64,000 nt of DNA from Pristiophorus japonicus (taxonomy: Eukaryota): positions 39,308,001 through 39,372,000 of the forward strand of contig NC_091995.1 of assembly GCF_044704955.1 (NCBI RefSeq). The letters run 5' to 3'. A program made the translations under genes and the position numbers. This document shows, one piece after another, positions 48,980 to 61,622 of the stretch; position 1 is the first letter of the stretch; every line of letters begins with the position of its first letter. Under the pieces are notes generated by a model. That model made no database searches, had not been told where the DNA came from, and saw only the letters and a list, made by a program, of their open reading frames with translations.

Positions 48980-49420
48980 AACACTTGGTTTTTTACAGAT
49001 CCTTTCACGATCACTGGACGGCTGAAAGTGCTCAAAAGTCAATAAAGTAATTTTGGAGTGTAGTCACTGTTGTTATGTAGGAAATGTGGCAGCCAGTTTG
49101 TGCACAAGCACACTCCCACAAACAGTAATGTGGTAATGTCCAGATAATCTGTGTTTTTATGTAAATTGAGGGAAAAATATTGGCCAGGACACCTGAGATA
49201 ATTCCAAAATAGTGCCATGGGATCTTTTGTGTAAACCTGTGAGGGCAGATGGGACCTCGATTTAACATCTCATCCAAAAGACGGCACCTCCAAAGTGCAG
49301 CACTCCCTCAGCACTGCACTGCCGTGTCAGACTAGATTAATTGTGCTCAATTCCCTGAAGTGGGACTTAAACGCACATCCTTCTGAATCAGAGACGAGTT
49401 TCGACCAATGAATTTCAGAC
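48980..49420 (-). mobile_element. Deu-domain tRNA-derived SINE
   Basis: Degenerate tRNA-like head (..TCTGATTCAGAAGGATGTGCGTTTAAGTCCCAC..) plus Deu core; duplicate of 6990-7370. Confidence 0.78.
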
Positions 49421-49892
49421 ATGCCTGGCACTTCGAGAATAAACTAGCAGGAGGCATCAAATCAAAATGTAAAAGCTTCTATAGATATGTAAAAAGGCAA
49501 AGATCAGCGGAAGTAAATGTGGGTCCCTTAGTGACTGAGACAGGATAAATTATAATGGGGAATTAGTGAATGCCAGAGAAATTAAGCAAATATATTATGT
49601 CTGTCTTCACCTGTAATGACTCAAGAGTCTGGTTACTGTAAACTCACTCAGGTGCAACCTGGTCCATCTTTATTCCAGCCCGAGAATGCCAGCATGACAA
49701 AGACACACAGCTTATATGTAGGTGACCAAGCACACATGCCACATGCGTACAGCCCGATGACCTCTGACCACAGCGCCCTCTGGTGTCTGGTGACCCCCAA
49801 GCATTAATACATAACAACATCCCCCTTTTAAAATCTTAACAACAGTCTTTTTACAAATTAAGATGGTCTGGGGATTTTCTCTCACGACTTGA

Positions 49893-50882
49893 TCATCTCA
49901 GTTCAACTTTGACTCTGGGCGAGCCTTCTGAGTCTGTTGAGACTGATGGCTGAGTAGCTGATCTGATGGGAGTGGTGATGCCCACATCAGACACTGAAGC
50001 TTCAGAATCAGTAATATCAGCATAGTCCTCTGATGAGAGAACAATGGTTGGTTTGTTACTGACTGCATCTTCCTCACTCGGTTCCAGTTGATGCATGTGC
50101 CATAGTTTAACCTGGTCAAGGTGTTTCGTGCATGGTTGCCCATTCTTGAGTACAATAATAAATACTCTATTACCCTCCTTGGCTGTAACAGTGCCAGCGA
50201 TCCACTTTGGACCTTGACCATAGTTCAGTACATAAACCGGATCATTGACCGAGATGTCATGTCGCACGGCAACATGATCATGAAACCATTGCTGAATTTG
50301 ACATCTGTTTTCAACACGATCATTCAAATCAGGATGAACAAGAGAAAGCCTGCTCTTGAGGTTTCTCTTCATCAGTAGTCCAGCAGGAGGAACCCCAGTA
50401 AGTGTATGAGGTCTTGACCTGTAACTGAGCAATGTACATGACAACCATCTCATCAGTAAGCCCTGAGTTACACGTTTCATGCTTTGCTTGATCTTTTGAA
50501 CGGCACGCTCTGCTTGACCATTAGTAGTATGCTTGCATGGAGCTGATCTCACATTTGTGATGCCATTGAGTTTCATGAACTCCTGGATCTCAAGACTTGT
50601 GAAGCAAGATCCATTGTCACTCACAACAATGTCAGGCAAATCATGAGTAGCAAACATCATACAAAGACTCTCAATGTTAGCTGTAGATGTGCTGCATGAC
50701 ATAAGAACGCCCTCTTTCCACTTAGAATATGTATCTAATATGACAAAAAATATATTTTCTAGGAACGGGCCCGCAAAATCAATATGAATCCTCGACCATG
50801 CTTTGCATGGCCACGACCAATGATGCAGCGGAGATTCCGCTGGTACTATACTTAAGTGCATGCAAGTGTTGCACTGATGCAT
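49893..50882 (-). pseudogene. Gypsy integrase (DDE) remnant
   Basis: WSRIHIDFAGP, VVSDNGSCFTS, TNGQAERAV motifs. Confidence 0.9.
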
Positions 50883-51309
50883 GCATTTTTCCAGATCAGA
50901 CTCAATTCCAGGTCATCACACGAGACCAAGCAATGGATGTCATCATGACAATACCATGATGAGTGCTGTGATGTTCACGTACAAATTTTTCTCTATCTTA
51001 CTGATTACACGATTACCCCACAGTAAATAGTCTGACTGAATGGACAGCTCATCTTTGCGATGGTTGTAAGGGTTGGTCTCCCCACGCATCTTCATAGGTA
51101 AGGCAGACCAATCACCACTGAGTACACACCTTTTTAAACCAATAAATTAGGGTCATGGCTGGTCCCGATCCAAACATGTTGAGCAATGACAGGGGTTCCT
51201 TCAATCTCAAAAGCATCCATTACTAACAGTAGATCTGCATGTTATGGCATCTCCATCTCAGTTGTGGGTAAGGGCAGATGACTCAGTGCATTGATACAAT
51301 CAGCATCTG

Positions 51310-51715
51310 GCAAAAATAGAATATGGGAGTAAGCTTACAGGGAACATAAAAACTGATTGCAAAAGCTTCTACAGATAATTGAAGAGAAAAGGATTAGTGA
51401 AGACAAATGTAGGTCCCTTACAGTCAGAATCAGGTGAACTCACAAAGGGGAACAAAGAAATGACAGAACAATTGAACATATACTTTGGTTCTGACGTCAC
51501 TAAGGAAGACACAAATAACATTCCGGAAATACTAAGGGAACGAGGGGCTAGTGAGAGGGAGGAACTAAAGGAAATCTTTCTTAGTCAGCAAATTGTATTC
51601 GGGAAATTGATGGGATTTAAGGCTGATACATACCCAGGGTCTGATAGTCTGCATCCCTGAGTACTTAGGGAAGTAGCTCTAGAAATAGTCGATGCATTGG
51701 TGGTCATTTTCCAAC
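51310..51715 (+). mobile_element. Internal CR1 ORF2 fragment inside the Gypsy element
   Basis: KRKGLVKTNVGPLQSESGE...YPGSDSLHP; no 3' tail. Confidence 0.88.
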
Positions 51716-54700
51716 GAAGCCCAAAACGACACCTTTTGTAGACAAACAGTCCTTTATGAGGGCGAATGCAGGTGAGTTTCGTCGAAGTGTGGACAAGCTC
51801 CTGGGTTATATAGGCTGAAGTCAGAAGCAGTTTCGTGAATGACTTTCCACCAGCTAGCATGGTGAACAGTTCATCAGCCCCCGGTAACAGATACTGATCC
51901 TGTTTCAAAAATTGGTTAATCTTATCCTTGTATTCTCCACAAATCCTAACAGTGCCATCATTCTTCAACACAGTAAAAATGTGACTAGCCCACTCATTAA
52001 ACTCGACTGGTGATATGATCCCTTCATGCTGGAATCTGTCAAGCTCAATTTAAACCCTCTCCCTCACCATGCAGGGAAGAGACTGAGCTTTGTGATTGAC
52101 AGACCATTCATTGGAGTCCAGGTGAATCTGCAACTTGGCTCCCATAAAATTACCAATGCTCTGTTCAAACAAGGAAGAAAACTTTTTCAATACTTGAGCA
52201 CATAAAGTATCATCCACCGAGGACAACATCTTGACATCATTCCAGTTCAGCTTGATTTTCTCGAGCCAATTCCTGCCGAACAGCGTTGATCATTACCTGC
52301 GCTGATCCATAATTGTAGCTCGTGAAGCACACTGTCATATAACACTTCAATTGCTGCACCGCCAAGCACCGGTGCAAGTTCCTCAGAGTAAATATGCAAC
52401 CTGGCATTAACTGGACCGAGCTTCAGTTTCGCAGCGTTAGTCTCCCACACCTTGTCGAATGTCATTATCGATTGGCTTGCACCCGTGTCCAGCTCCATTG
52501 ATACAGGCACGCAATTTAGCTTCACATTTATGACTATTGGCTGGCTCTTACTCAGGAACATATACAGTCCATTCACTTCCTAGAATACAGTCCATTCACT
52601 TCCTCATTGATCTGGTCCTCATCAACCACGTGGTGAGCTGCACCACGCTTTCTCCATTGTGGACACATCCTGTGAAGACGCCCTACTTTCGAACATCCAT
52701 TGCATGAGCATTGTCTAAACCGACACTGATGAGGACAAGGATTGCTTCCATAATCGCCAACAGGATGAAATCTGGATCGAACCAGTTTGCGGGCTCTGGG
52801 CAGCAGCAGGTTTCACGTAAGCAGATCTGCCCAAGGACGGCACCATCTTATTTACAGTACTTCCGTGGAACTCCGACTCGTTGATGATATCGGCCTCAAA
52901 TTATCATCCGTCTTCTTGTAAGCCTGTGCAGTCACGATGGCCCTTTTTAAATGCAATGTCTCTGCAGCCAAAAGCTTTCTGAGGATCGGATCATGGCTGA
53001 TGCCTATCACAAAGACATCACGCTGCATGACTTCGCATTTTCCCAAACTTACGCGGCTCAGCAAAACGTCGCAGTTCGGTGAGAAATCCCGACACATCCT
53101 GGCGCTCAGTACGAACATGCATGTAGAAACGGTAGTGTGAATAGATGATGCCCTCTTTTGGCTTCAGATGGTTACCCACCAATGTACACAATTCCTCATG
53201 CCCTGTTCCCACTGGTCCAACAGTCGAGAGGAGATTCTTCATTAGGCCGTAAATTTTCGGACCAGAAACGCTGAGAAGAACTGCCCTGTGTTTAACAGCA
53301 TAGGCCTCTGCCTCCATGCTGTTGGCCACAAAATACTGATCCAGGCAGTCGAAAAAATCCGCCCAATCCTCGTCCTCCACGAATCTCTCCAGGATACCAA
53401 TACTGCCCATTGTGCATGCAAAGTTCTTCAATTACCTCGTTGCCAATTGTAATGAGTCAAGAGTCTGGTTACTGTAAACTCACTCAGGTACAACCTGATT
53501 CATTTTTATTCCAGCCCAAGAGTGCCAGCGTGACAAAGTCACCCAGCTTTTATACAGGGACCAAGCACATATGACTCATGCGAACAGCCCAATGACATCC
53601 GACCACGGCGCCCTCTGGTGTCTGCTGACCTTCAAGCATTAATGCATAACATCACGGACGAAAATACAAACCATCTCCTCAAAATACTGGAGAACCACGG
53701 GTCCAGTGAGAATGAGGAACTTAAATAAATTATTATTAAAAAAAAAATTATGGGAGAAATGAATGATACTGAAAGCCGATAAATCCCCTGGGCCTGATGG
53801 CCTACATTCCTGGGTTTTGAAATAGGTGGCTATAGAGTTAGTGGATGTATTCAATGTCAGCTACCAAAATTCCTTAGATTCTACGATCATTCCCGTGGAT
53901 TTGAAGGTAACAAAAATAACCCCACTACTTAAGACAGGAGTGAGATAGAAAACCCCATAATACAAACCAGTGAGCCTGGCATGAGGAGTACTGAAAATGC
54001 TAGAAAGTTGTAGCAGTGCAATTAGAAAATAATAATAGGATTGGGCAGAGGCAACACAGAGTTATGAAAGGGAAATGATGTTTTACAAATCTATTGAAGT
54101 TTTTTGAGATTGTATCGAGCGGAATAGATAAGGGGGAATCAGTGGATGTGGTGTATTTTCGACTTTCATAAGGCATTCAATAAGATGTCACACAAGAGGT
54201 CATTAAAGAAAATTACTATTCATGGGATTGGGAGTAATATACAAGCATGGATTGGTGATTGGTTAATGGACAGAAAGCAGAGGGCAGTTATAACCGGGTC
54301 ATTTTCGGGTTGTCAGTATGTAACTAGTGGTGTATGTCAAGGGTGAGTGCTTGGGCCTCAGCTATACCCAATTTATATCAATGATTTGGACGAGGGGACC
54401 AAGTGTAATGTATCCAGGTTTACTGATGATGCACAGCTAGGTGAGCAGTTAAGTTGTGAGGAGGATGAAAAGTGGCTGCAAAAGGTTATAGAGACGTGAA
54501 GCTGGTTGGTAAAAATAGCAGGTGGAATACAATCTGGAGAAGTCATAAGTATCCAGTCTGGTAGCAATAATAGAAAAGCAATGTAATATTTCCATATTTG
54601 CTGATGATATAAAGCTAGGTGGGAATGCAAGTTGTGAGGAGAATGCAAAGATGCTTTAAAGTGATATAGACAGTCTAAGTGAGTTTGCAAGATCATGACA

Positions 54701-55479
54701 GATGGAATATAATGCAGAGAAAGGCGAAGTTCCCACTGTGGCAGGTAAAATAGAAAAGCAGAGTTTGTTTTAAATGGGGAGAGATTGGGAAATGTTCTGT
54801 TCAGAGAGACCTGAGTGTCTTTGTACAGGAATCAATAAACGTTAACATGCAGGTACAGAAAGTGATTCAAAAAACAAATGGTACTTTGGCCTTTATTACA
54901 AGGGAATTTGCGTATAAGAGCACTGAAGACTTATTGCAATTGAATAAGGTCTTCCTGAGATCACATTTGGAGCATTGTGTACAGTTTTGGTTTTGTCACC
55001 TATGAAAGAATATACTTGTCACAGAGGTAGTTTCAACTTGCTGGGATTGTCCTATATTCTCTGGAGTTCAGAAGAATGAGAGGTGCTTTCACTGAAACAT
55101 ACACAATTCTTAGAGGGCTTGACAGGATAGATGCAGCGAGGATGCTTCCTCTGGCTGGGGAGTCTAGCACCAGGTGTCACAGTCTCAGAATAAGGGGTCG
55201 GCCATTTAGGACGGAGATGAGGAGAAATGTCTTCACCCAGAGTTTGTTGTATCTTTGGAATTCTGTATTCCAGAGGCCGGCGATTAACATGCAGTATATG
55301 GAGGACAGAGATCGATAGATTTTTGGAATTTAAGGCAACTAAGTGACATAGGAATAGTGCAGGAAAGTTTACTTCTGTTAGAAGATCACCCATGATCTTA
55401 TTGAATGGGGGAGTAGGCTCGAGGAGCCGAATTGCCCACTCGTGAAAATTATTTATTTGTTCTATGTTGATTATCTGGT

Positions 55480-58000
55480 TTTAGATTAAGAGAACGACCC
55501 AATGTCTGAAATAAAATGAAAGCACATTGTCTCGGACTAAAATACCAGAAAACCCCAATGTCTTTGTCTGAATTATCATGAACACCCATTGTCTGGCTCG
55601 GATTCATCAGAGAGACACAATGTCTGCACTGAATTAACAGAAACACACACTGTCTGGATCTCAATTATCCTAGGGAAACATTGTATTGGTCTGAATTATC
55701 AGACGGACGCAATCAATGGGTGTGATTGATCAGAATGCTCCAGTTTCTACGTCTAAATGATCAGAAACACACACTATCTGGTTGTGAATTGTAAGAAACA
55801 TCCACTGACAAGGAATGGATTATTAGATGGCCACACAATCTGTGTCAAGACGACAATAGTAAACTTGACGAATAGGCATATAATTGGCAAATTAATTTCA
55901 ACGGATATAAATGTGAGGAAGTACATTTCGGTACGAAATTTGAGAGGTCACGTGTTACTTGTTAAGTATGATTACAATTGGGGTAGACCGAGCAAAGGAA
56001 TCTCGGATTACCAATACACAAATCACTGAAATAGCGACACATGTGAACAAGGCTGTAAAAACGCAAACCTATCATTCGGGTTTATTTCAAGAGAGAGTGG
56101 ATTGAAAAGTAAAGAAGTTATGTTAACCTGTATCGAACCTTGGTTAGGCCACACTCCGAGTAATGCATACAATTCTTGTCGCCATATTATTAAAAGGATA
56201 TAGAGGCACTGGGGAGGATGCAACACATATTATATGGATGATGCCAGAAATGCCGACCAGGAAAGAATAAACAGGCCAAATATAATTTCTCATCAATCGA
56301 GATGGCTGAGGGATGATCTAATAGAGGGCGTTAAAATTTGGAACATTTTTGCCAGATTAGTTACAGAGAGAATGCTTACTTCTGCGGAAGAGCAAAAATA
56401 GAGGCAATCAATATAAGATAGTCAACAAGAACTAAAACAGAGAATTCAGAAGGGACATCTTTACCCAGAGAGTGGCGAGAACGTGGAACTCGCTTCTACA
56501 GGGAATGGTTGAAATACATCGTAAAGATGCATTTAAGGGAGGAGGAATAGAGGGTTACGCTGACAGAGTTAGATGAGGAAGGACAGGAAGATTTTCCCGT
56601 GGAGCATACATGCTGGAATGGAGTAGTTGGTCAAATGGTCTGTTTCTGTGCCGTATATCAGATTTAATCCTATGAGTTATCAAAAACACACTGCCTGGGT
56701 CTGAATTGTTATAAGCACTCATTGCCTGGGTCTAAATTATCAGAAATACGGACTTGCTGGGTTTGCATTATCAGAAATACCCGTTTTCTGGGACTGAATT
56801 ATCAGAAGGACCGATGATTGGGTCTGAATTATCAGAAACATCCACTGTCTGGTTTCGAATTATAAGAAATGCCCACTGCCTTGTCCTGTATTATCAGAAG
56901 GAAACACTCTCTGGGTCTGAATTATCAGCAATGCCCACTGTATTGGTCTGAACTGTCAGAAATGCCCACTGTCCTGTCCTGTATTATCAGAAGGAAACAC
57001 ACTTTGGGTCTGAATTATCAGAAACACCCAATATCTTTGAATGATCAGGAAGACCTATTATTTTGGTCCGAGTTATCAGATACACCCATTGTATGGTTCT
57101 GAATTATGAGAAATACAAAATGTCTGGGACTGGATTAATAACGAGCACCCACTGTCGGGTAAGAATTATCAGAAATACCAGATGTCTGTTTGAATTATCA
57201 TAAGGACCCACTATCTGGCACGGAATTATTAGAAACACCCACTTTCTGGGTCTGGCTAATCATAAGGAAACACAGTCTGAGGCTGAACAATTTTAAGGAC
57301 GCACTGCCTGGGTCTGAATTATCAGTAACACCAGCTGTCAGGGTCTGAATTGTCAGAAGGACCCTCTACCTGTCACTGAATTATTGGAAAGTCCCACTGT
57401 CTGTGTCTGAACCATCAGAAATCTCCACCGCCTGGGTCTTAATTATTAGTACCACCCACGGTCTGGGCCTGAACTATCAGAAACATCCTGTGACTGGGTC
57501 TGAATTATTAGTACCAGCCGCTGTCTGGGTCTGAATTATTAGTAACATTCGCGGCCTGGGTTTGAATTTTCAGAAACACCCAGTATCTGACTCTTAATTG
57601 TTAGTGCCACCCGCTGTCTGCATCTGAATTATTAGTACTACCCACGGTCTAGGTCTGAATTATTAGCACTATCCGAGGTCTGGATCTGAATTATTAGTAC
57701 CACCCACTGTCTATGTCTGAATTATTAGTACCACCTGCGGTCTGGGTCTGAATTATTAGTACCAACCGCTGTCTAGGTCTGAATTATTAGTACCATTCGC
57801 TGTCTGGGTCCGAACTATCAGAAACACCCACTGTCTGGATCTGAATAAACAGAAGGAAACACAGTTTGGGTCTCAATTATCAGAAGATTCCATGTCTGGC
57901 TTTGAATTATCCGAAACACCCACTGTCTTGTTTTGAAATATTGGACGGAAGCATTGCCTGGGTTTGAGTTATCAGAAATACCCACGGTCTGAGCCTATCC
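55480..58000 (+). repeat. Satellite A array, including a homogeneous ATTATTAGTACC sub-variant (~57440-57810)
   Basis: 31-bp units, interrupted by a CR1 fragment at 55845-56670. Confidence 0.9.
55845..56670 (+). mobile_element. Old CR1 3' fragment
   Basis: Decayed KCEEVHFG, LVRPHSE, DLIEGVK-like segments and 3'UTR remnant. Confidence 0.8.
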
Positions 58001-60170
58001 GGGTATCCATTAAAAGCACAGGTTGTGTTCTTTAAGTTTGCAGTTTAAATTCCGGGGCCCTTTAAGTGGACAGATTGGGTTCCATGGGGACTTTGACATG
58101 CACTGATCGGATTCTGGAAGCTTCGTTAAATATAAAGATTTTGTTCCAGGGTTCCTGTCACTAAACAGCTCGAGCTTGGGGGGTTCTTTAATTACAACGT
58201 GCGGGTCTGTGGGTCCTTTAAATATACAGATTGAGTAGTCAGGTTCATTTAAATGAATAGCTGTGACACTGGGAATCATTCAAATACACAGATCGGAATG
58301 TGGGTGTGTCCTTAAATAAACAGATCTTGTTTGGTGTCACGTAAAGGCAGAGATAGGGTTTCTGTGGTTCATTAAAATACACAGATCGAGCTCTGTGTGG
58401 TCCTTTAAATACACAGATTGTGTTTTGGCGGATGCTATGAAGGAAAAGATCTCAATCTTGTGGTCCTTTAAATTGGCAGCTTCCGTCCGGAATGTGCTTT
58501 AAATACTTGGATGAGGTTCCGGATTCATCTTTAAATACAGAGCTCAGATTTGAATTCATTTATAAAGTCACAGTTCGGATTCCAGATTCATATTTAACTA
58601 CACCGTTCGTGTTCTAGACTCACCTTTAAATGCACAGCTGGGGTTCCAGCTTCATTTTCAAATAGACTTTTCGGGTTTGTATTCATTTATAATTTCACAG
58701 CTCGGGTTCCAGCGTCATCTTTAAATACATCACGCGGGTTCTGGAATCAGGTTTAAATACACAGCTTGGTTTCCGGATTTATGTCTAAATACACAGCTCG
58801 GGTTCTGGATTCATGTCTAAATACACAGCTAGTGTTCCGGATTCATGTCGAAATACACAGCTCGCGTTCTGGAGGCATGTTTAAACACACAGATCTGATG
58901 CCGTTGGTGGTGGGTCATTTAACCACACTGATCAGGTTCTGGGCTGCTTTTAAATGCACAGATCGAGATCTGCTGTGTCCTTTAAATATACAAATCGGGT
59001 TCTAGTCAGCTGTTGAGCAGGCAGTCCTATAAATGCAAAGTTTGTAATCCCAGGGTCCTTTAACTGTGCAGATTGCGATCTGGCACGCCATTTTTATGCA
59101 CATATCAGGTTCCGGGGGTCCTTTAAATCGTGTTCCAGAGGATCCTTTACATACATTCATTGGGTTTAGGTTTCTTCTTTGAATATATACATCGGGTGCC
59201 GGCAGTTCTTTAAAAAGCCAGATCGTGTCCTTGGGCACCTGTGCATATCAAAGCTCGGGTCCTTTAAGCATAAAGATCATGTTCCGGGTCCCCTTTAAAT
59301 TCACAGATCAAAGTCGGAAAACGTCCTTTAAATAAACAGATCAAGGATTTGATTCCGTTAAATAAACAGATTTCGTTCCGCTGTGTCCTTTAAATGAAAT
59401 TTTGTGGGCGCAATTAATACACAAATCATTTTCGGGGGCTACTTTAAATACAGATCGGCTTCCTGGGCTCCTTTAAATACTCAGCTTGAATATACAGATA
59501 TACAGGGTGCCTTAAATATACAGATGGTGTTCCGCCGCTGCTTTAAAGAAAGAATGGGTTCCGGGGATCCTTTAAATGCACAGAGTGAACTCCGAGATGT
59601 CCTTGAAATGCATAGATCAGCTTCGCGGTCATCCTATAAATGTTAAGGTCGGAATCCCGGATCCCTTTAAATTTGCAGAATGCATTCCAGCGGTTCATTT
59701 AAAAATAAAGATGTGGTTCCATCTGGTTCTTTAAATACACTAATTGAATGCCGGGTGCTTCTTTAAATATACAGATCGTATTCCGGAAGACCTCTAATTG
59801 CACGTATCGCGTTTCAAATCATTTTAGTGCACCGATCTGGATCCGGGTGTTCAGGTAAATCCGCAGATTCGGATCCTGGTGGTCCTAAGTACCTGGGTTT
59901 TCTTAAATCTGATCATGCTGGCCTGGGGGAACCATTAAATACGCAGCTCAGATTCTGGGGTGTCTTTTTAATATACTGTTTAGGTTCTGTGGGTCCTTTA
60001 AATACTCAGATCCATTTGCGGGGATGTCCTTCAAATGCACAGCTTGGGTTCCAGCGCCACTTTATATGCATAGATCACTTACGGAAGTCTCTTAAATGCA
60101 TGGACCAGTGTCTGGCACTTCTTTAAATGCACTGATCGGGTTCCAAGTTCGTTTAAATATGCAGATCGGA
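58001..60170 (+). repeat. Satellite B array (~2.2 kb)
   Basis: TTTAAATACACAG with ~31-32 nt period; clean 32-mers near 58750-58890. Confidence 0.9.
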
Positions 60171-60177
60171 CAGTTGG

Positions 60178-60285
60178 TCTTTCTGGTAAATCAGACACAG
60201 CGTTTGTTCCTTCTGATAATTGAGACCCAAACAGTGTGCCTTACTGGTAACTCACACTGAAACTGTGAGTTTTTATAGCAATTGA
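60178..60285 (-). repeat. Satellite A units in inverted orientation
   Basis: TTCTGATAATTGAGACCCAAACAGTG is the reverse complement of the satellite A unit. Confidence 0.75.
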
Positions 60286-61622
60286 ATAGGTCGATAAATC
60301 CCCAGGTCCTGATAGTCTGCATCCCAGAATACTTCAGGAAGTGGCACTAGAAATAGTGGTTGCATTGGTGGTAATTTTCCAACATTCTGTAGGCTCTGGA
60401 TCAGTTCCTATGGATTGGAGGGTAAGTAATGTAACACCATTTTTTTTTAAAGGAGGGAAAGTGAAAACAGGGTATTCCAAGCCATCATGGATATTTGAAA
60501 GGGAAATCATGCTTTCCCTAGAATTTTTCGAGGATGTACAAGTAGAATGGGCAAGGGAGAACCAATAGATGTGGTGTATTTCGACTTTTAAAATGCTTTT
60601 GACAAGGTCCCACACAAGAGATTAGTGATCAAAATTAAAGCACATGATATTGGTGGTAATGTATTGATGTGGATAGAGAACTGTTTGGCAGACAGGTTGC
60701 ACAGAGCAGGAATATACGGGTCCTTTTCAGAATGGCAGGCAGTGACTAGTTTGGTACCGCAAGGTTCAGTGCTGGGACGCCAGCTATGTCAAAATAGATT
60801 AATGATTTAGACAAAAGAATTGAATGTAATATCTCCAAGTTTGCAGATGACGCTAAGCTGGGTGGCAGTGTGGACTGTGAGGAGGATGCTAAGAGGCTGC
60901 AGGATGACTTGGACAGGTTAGGTGAGTGGGCAAATGCATGGCAGATGCTGCATAATGTAGATAAATGTGCGGTTATCCACTTTGGCGGCAAAAACAGGAA
61001 GGCAGAATAATACCTGAATGGTGACAGGTTAGGAAAAGGGGAGGTGCAACAAGACTTGTGTGTCATGGTACATCAGTCATTGAAAGTTGTCATGCAGGTG
61101 CAGCAGGCGGTGAAGAAGGCAAAAGGCATGTTGGCCTTCAAAGCGAGACGGTTTTAGTATCAGAGCAGGGATGTGTTACTGCAGTTGTACAGGGTCTTGG
61201 TGAGGCCACACCTTGAATATTATGTACAGTTTTAATCTCATAATCTGCGGAAGGACATTCTTGCTATTGAGTGAATGCACCGAAGATTCATCAGACTGAT
61301 TCCCGGGATGGCAGGACTGACATTTGAAGAAAGACTGAATCGACGAGGCTTATATTCACTGGAATTTAGATGAATGAGAGGGGATCTCATAGAAACATAT
61401 ACAATTCTGACGGGATTGGGCAGGTTAGATGCGGGAAGAATGTTCCCGATGTTGGGGAAGTCCAGAACCAGGGGTCACAGTTTAAGGATAAGAAGTAAGC
61501 CATTTACGACCGAGATGAGGAGAAACTTCTTTGCTCAGAGAATTGTGACACTGATAATTCTCTACCACAGTACGTTGTTGAGGCCAGTTCGTTAGATATA
61601 TTCAAAAGGGAGTTAGATGTGG
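60286..61622 (+). mobile_element. CR1 ORF2 RT fragment, ends at the RTE junction
   Basis: VPQGSVLG, FADD, RGDLIETY peptides; ends at ...GAGTTAGATGTGG. Confidence 0.9.

Larger units (their letters stand above)
49612..53651 (-). mobile_element. Ty3/Gypsy (Mag-like) LTR retrotransposon with both LTRs (49612-49816, 53448-53651)
   Basis: TG...CA LTRs, PBS TGGCAACGAGG (resembles the tRNA-Ser(GCU) complement TGGCGACGAGG), PPT AAAAGGGGGA, gag, protease (ELDTGASQS), RT, integrase. TSD TCACC/TCACG; empty site TCTTCACGGAAG at ~7563. Confidence 0.95.
28667..54827 (+). repeat. Segmental duplication copy 2
   Basis: Collinear with 1-16419 apart from copy-specific insertions and deletions. Confidence 0.92.
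47215..55470 (+). mobile_element. Old CR1 host element (segments 47215-47576, 48788-49611, 53652-55470), interrupted by MITE, SINE and Gypsy
   Basis: Paralogous to 6435-8122/12385-12722/16165-16419; reaches a 3'UTR remnant at ~55440. Confidence 0.85.

Noticed and set aside
49340-49420. tRNA-like sequence
   Set aside because: It is the degenerate head of a Deu-SINE, with no intact cloverleaf.
52562-52604. ~20-bp direct duplication in the Gypsy gag-protease junction
   Set aside because: Ordinary slippage in a dead element, with no functional implication visible.
2231-58000. CRISPR-like appearance of satellite A (semi-palindromic conserved core plus variable intervals)
   Set aside because: The intervals are diverged copies of each other rather than unique spacers, the period is only 31 bp, there are no cas genes, and the context is vertebrate.
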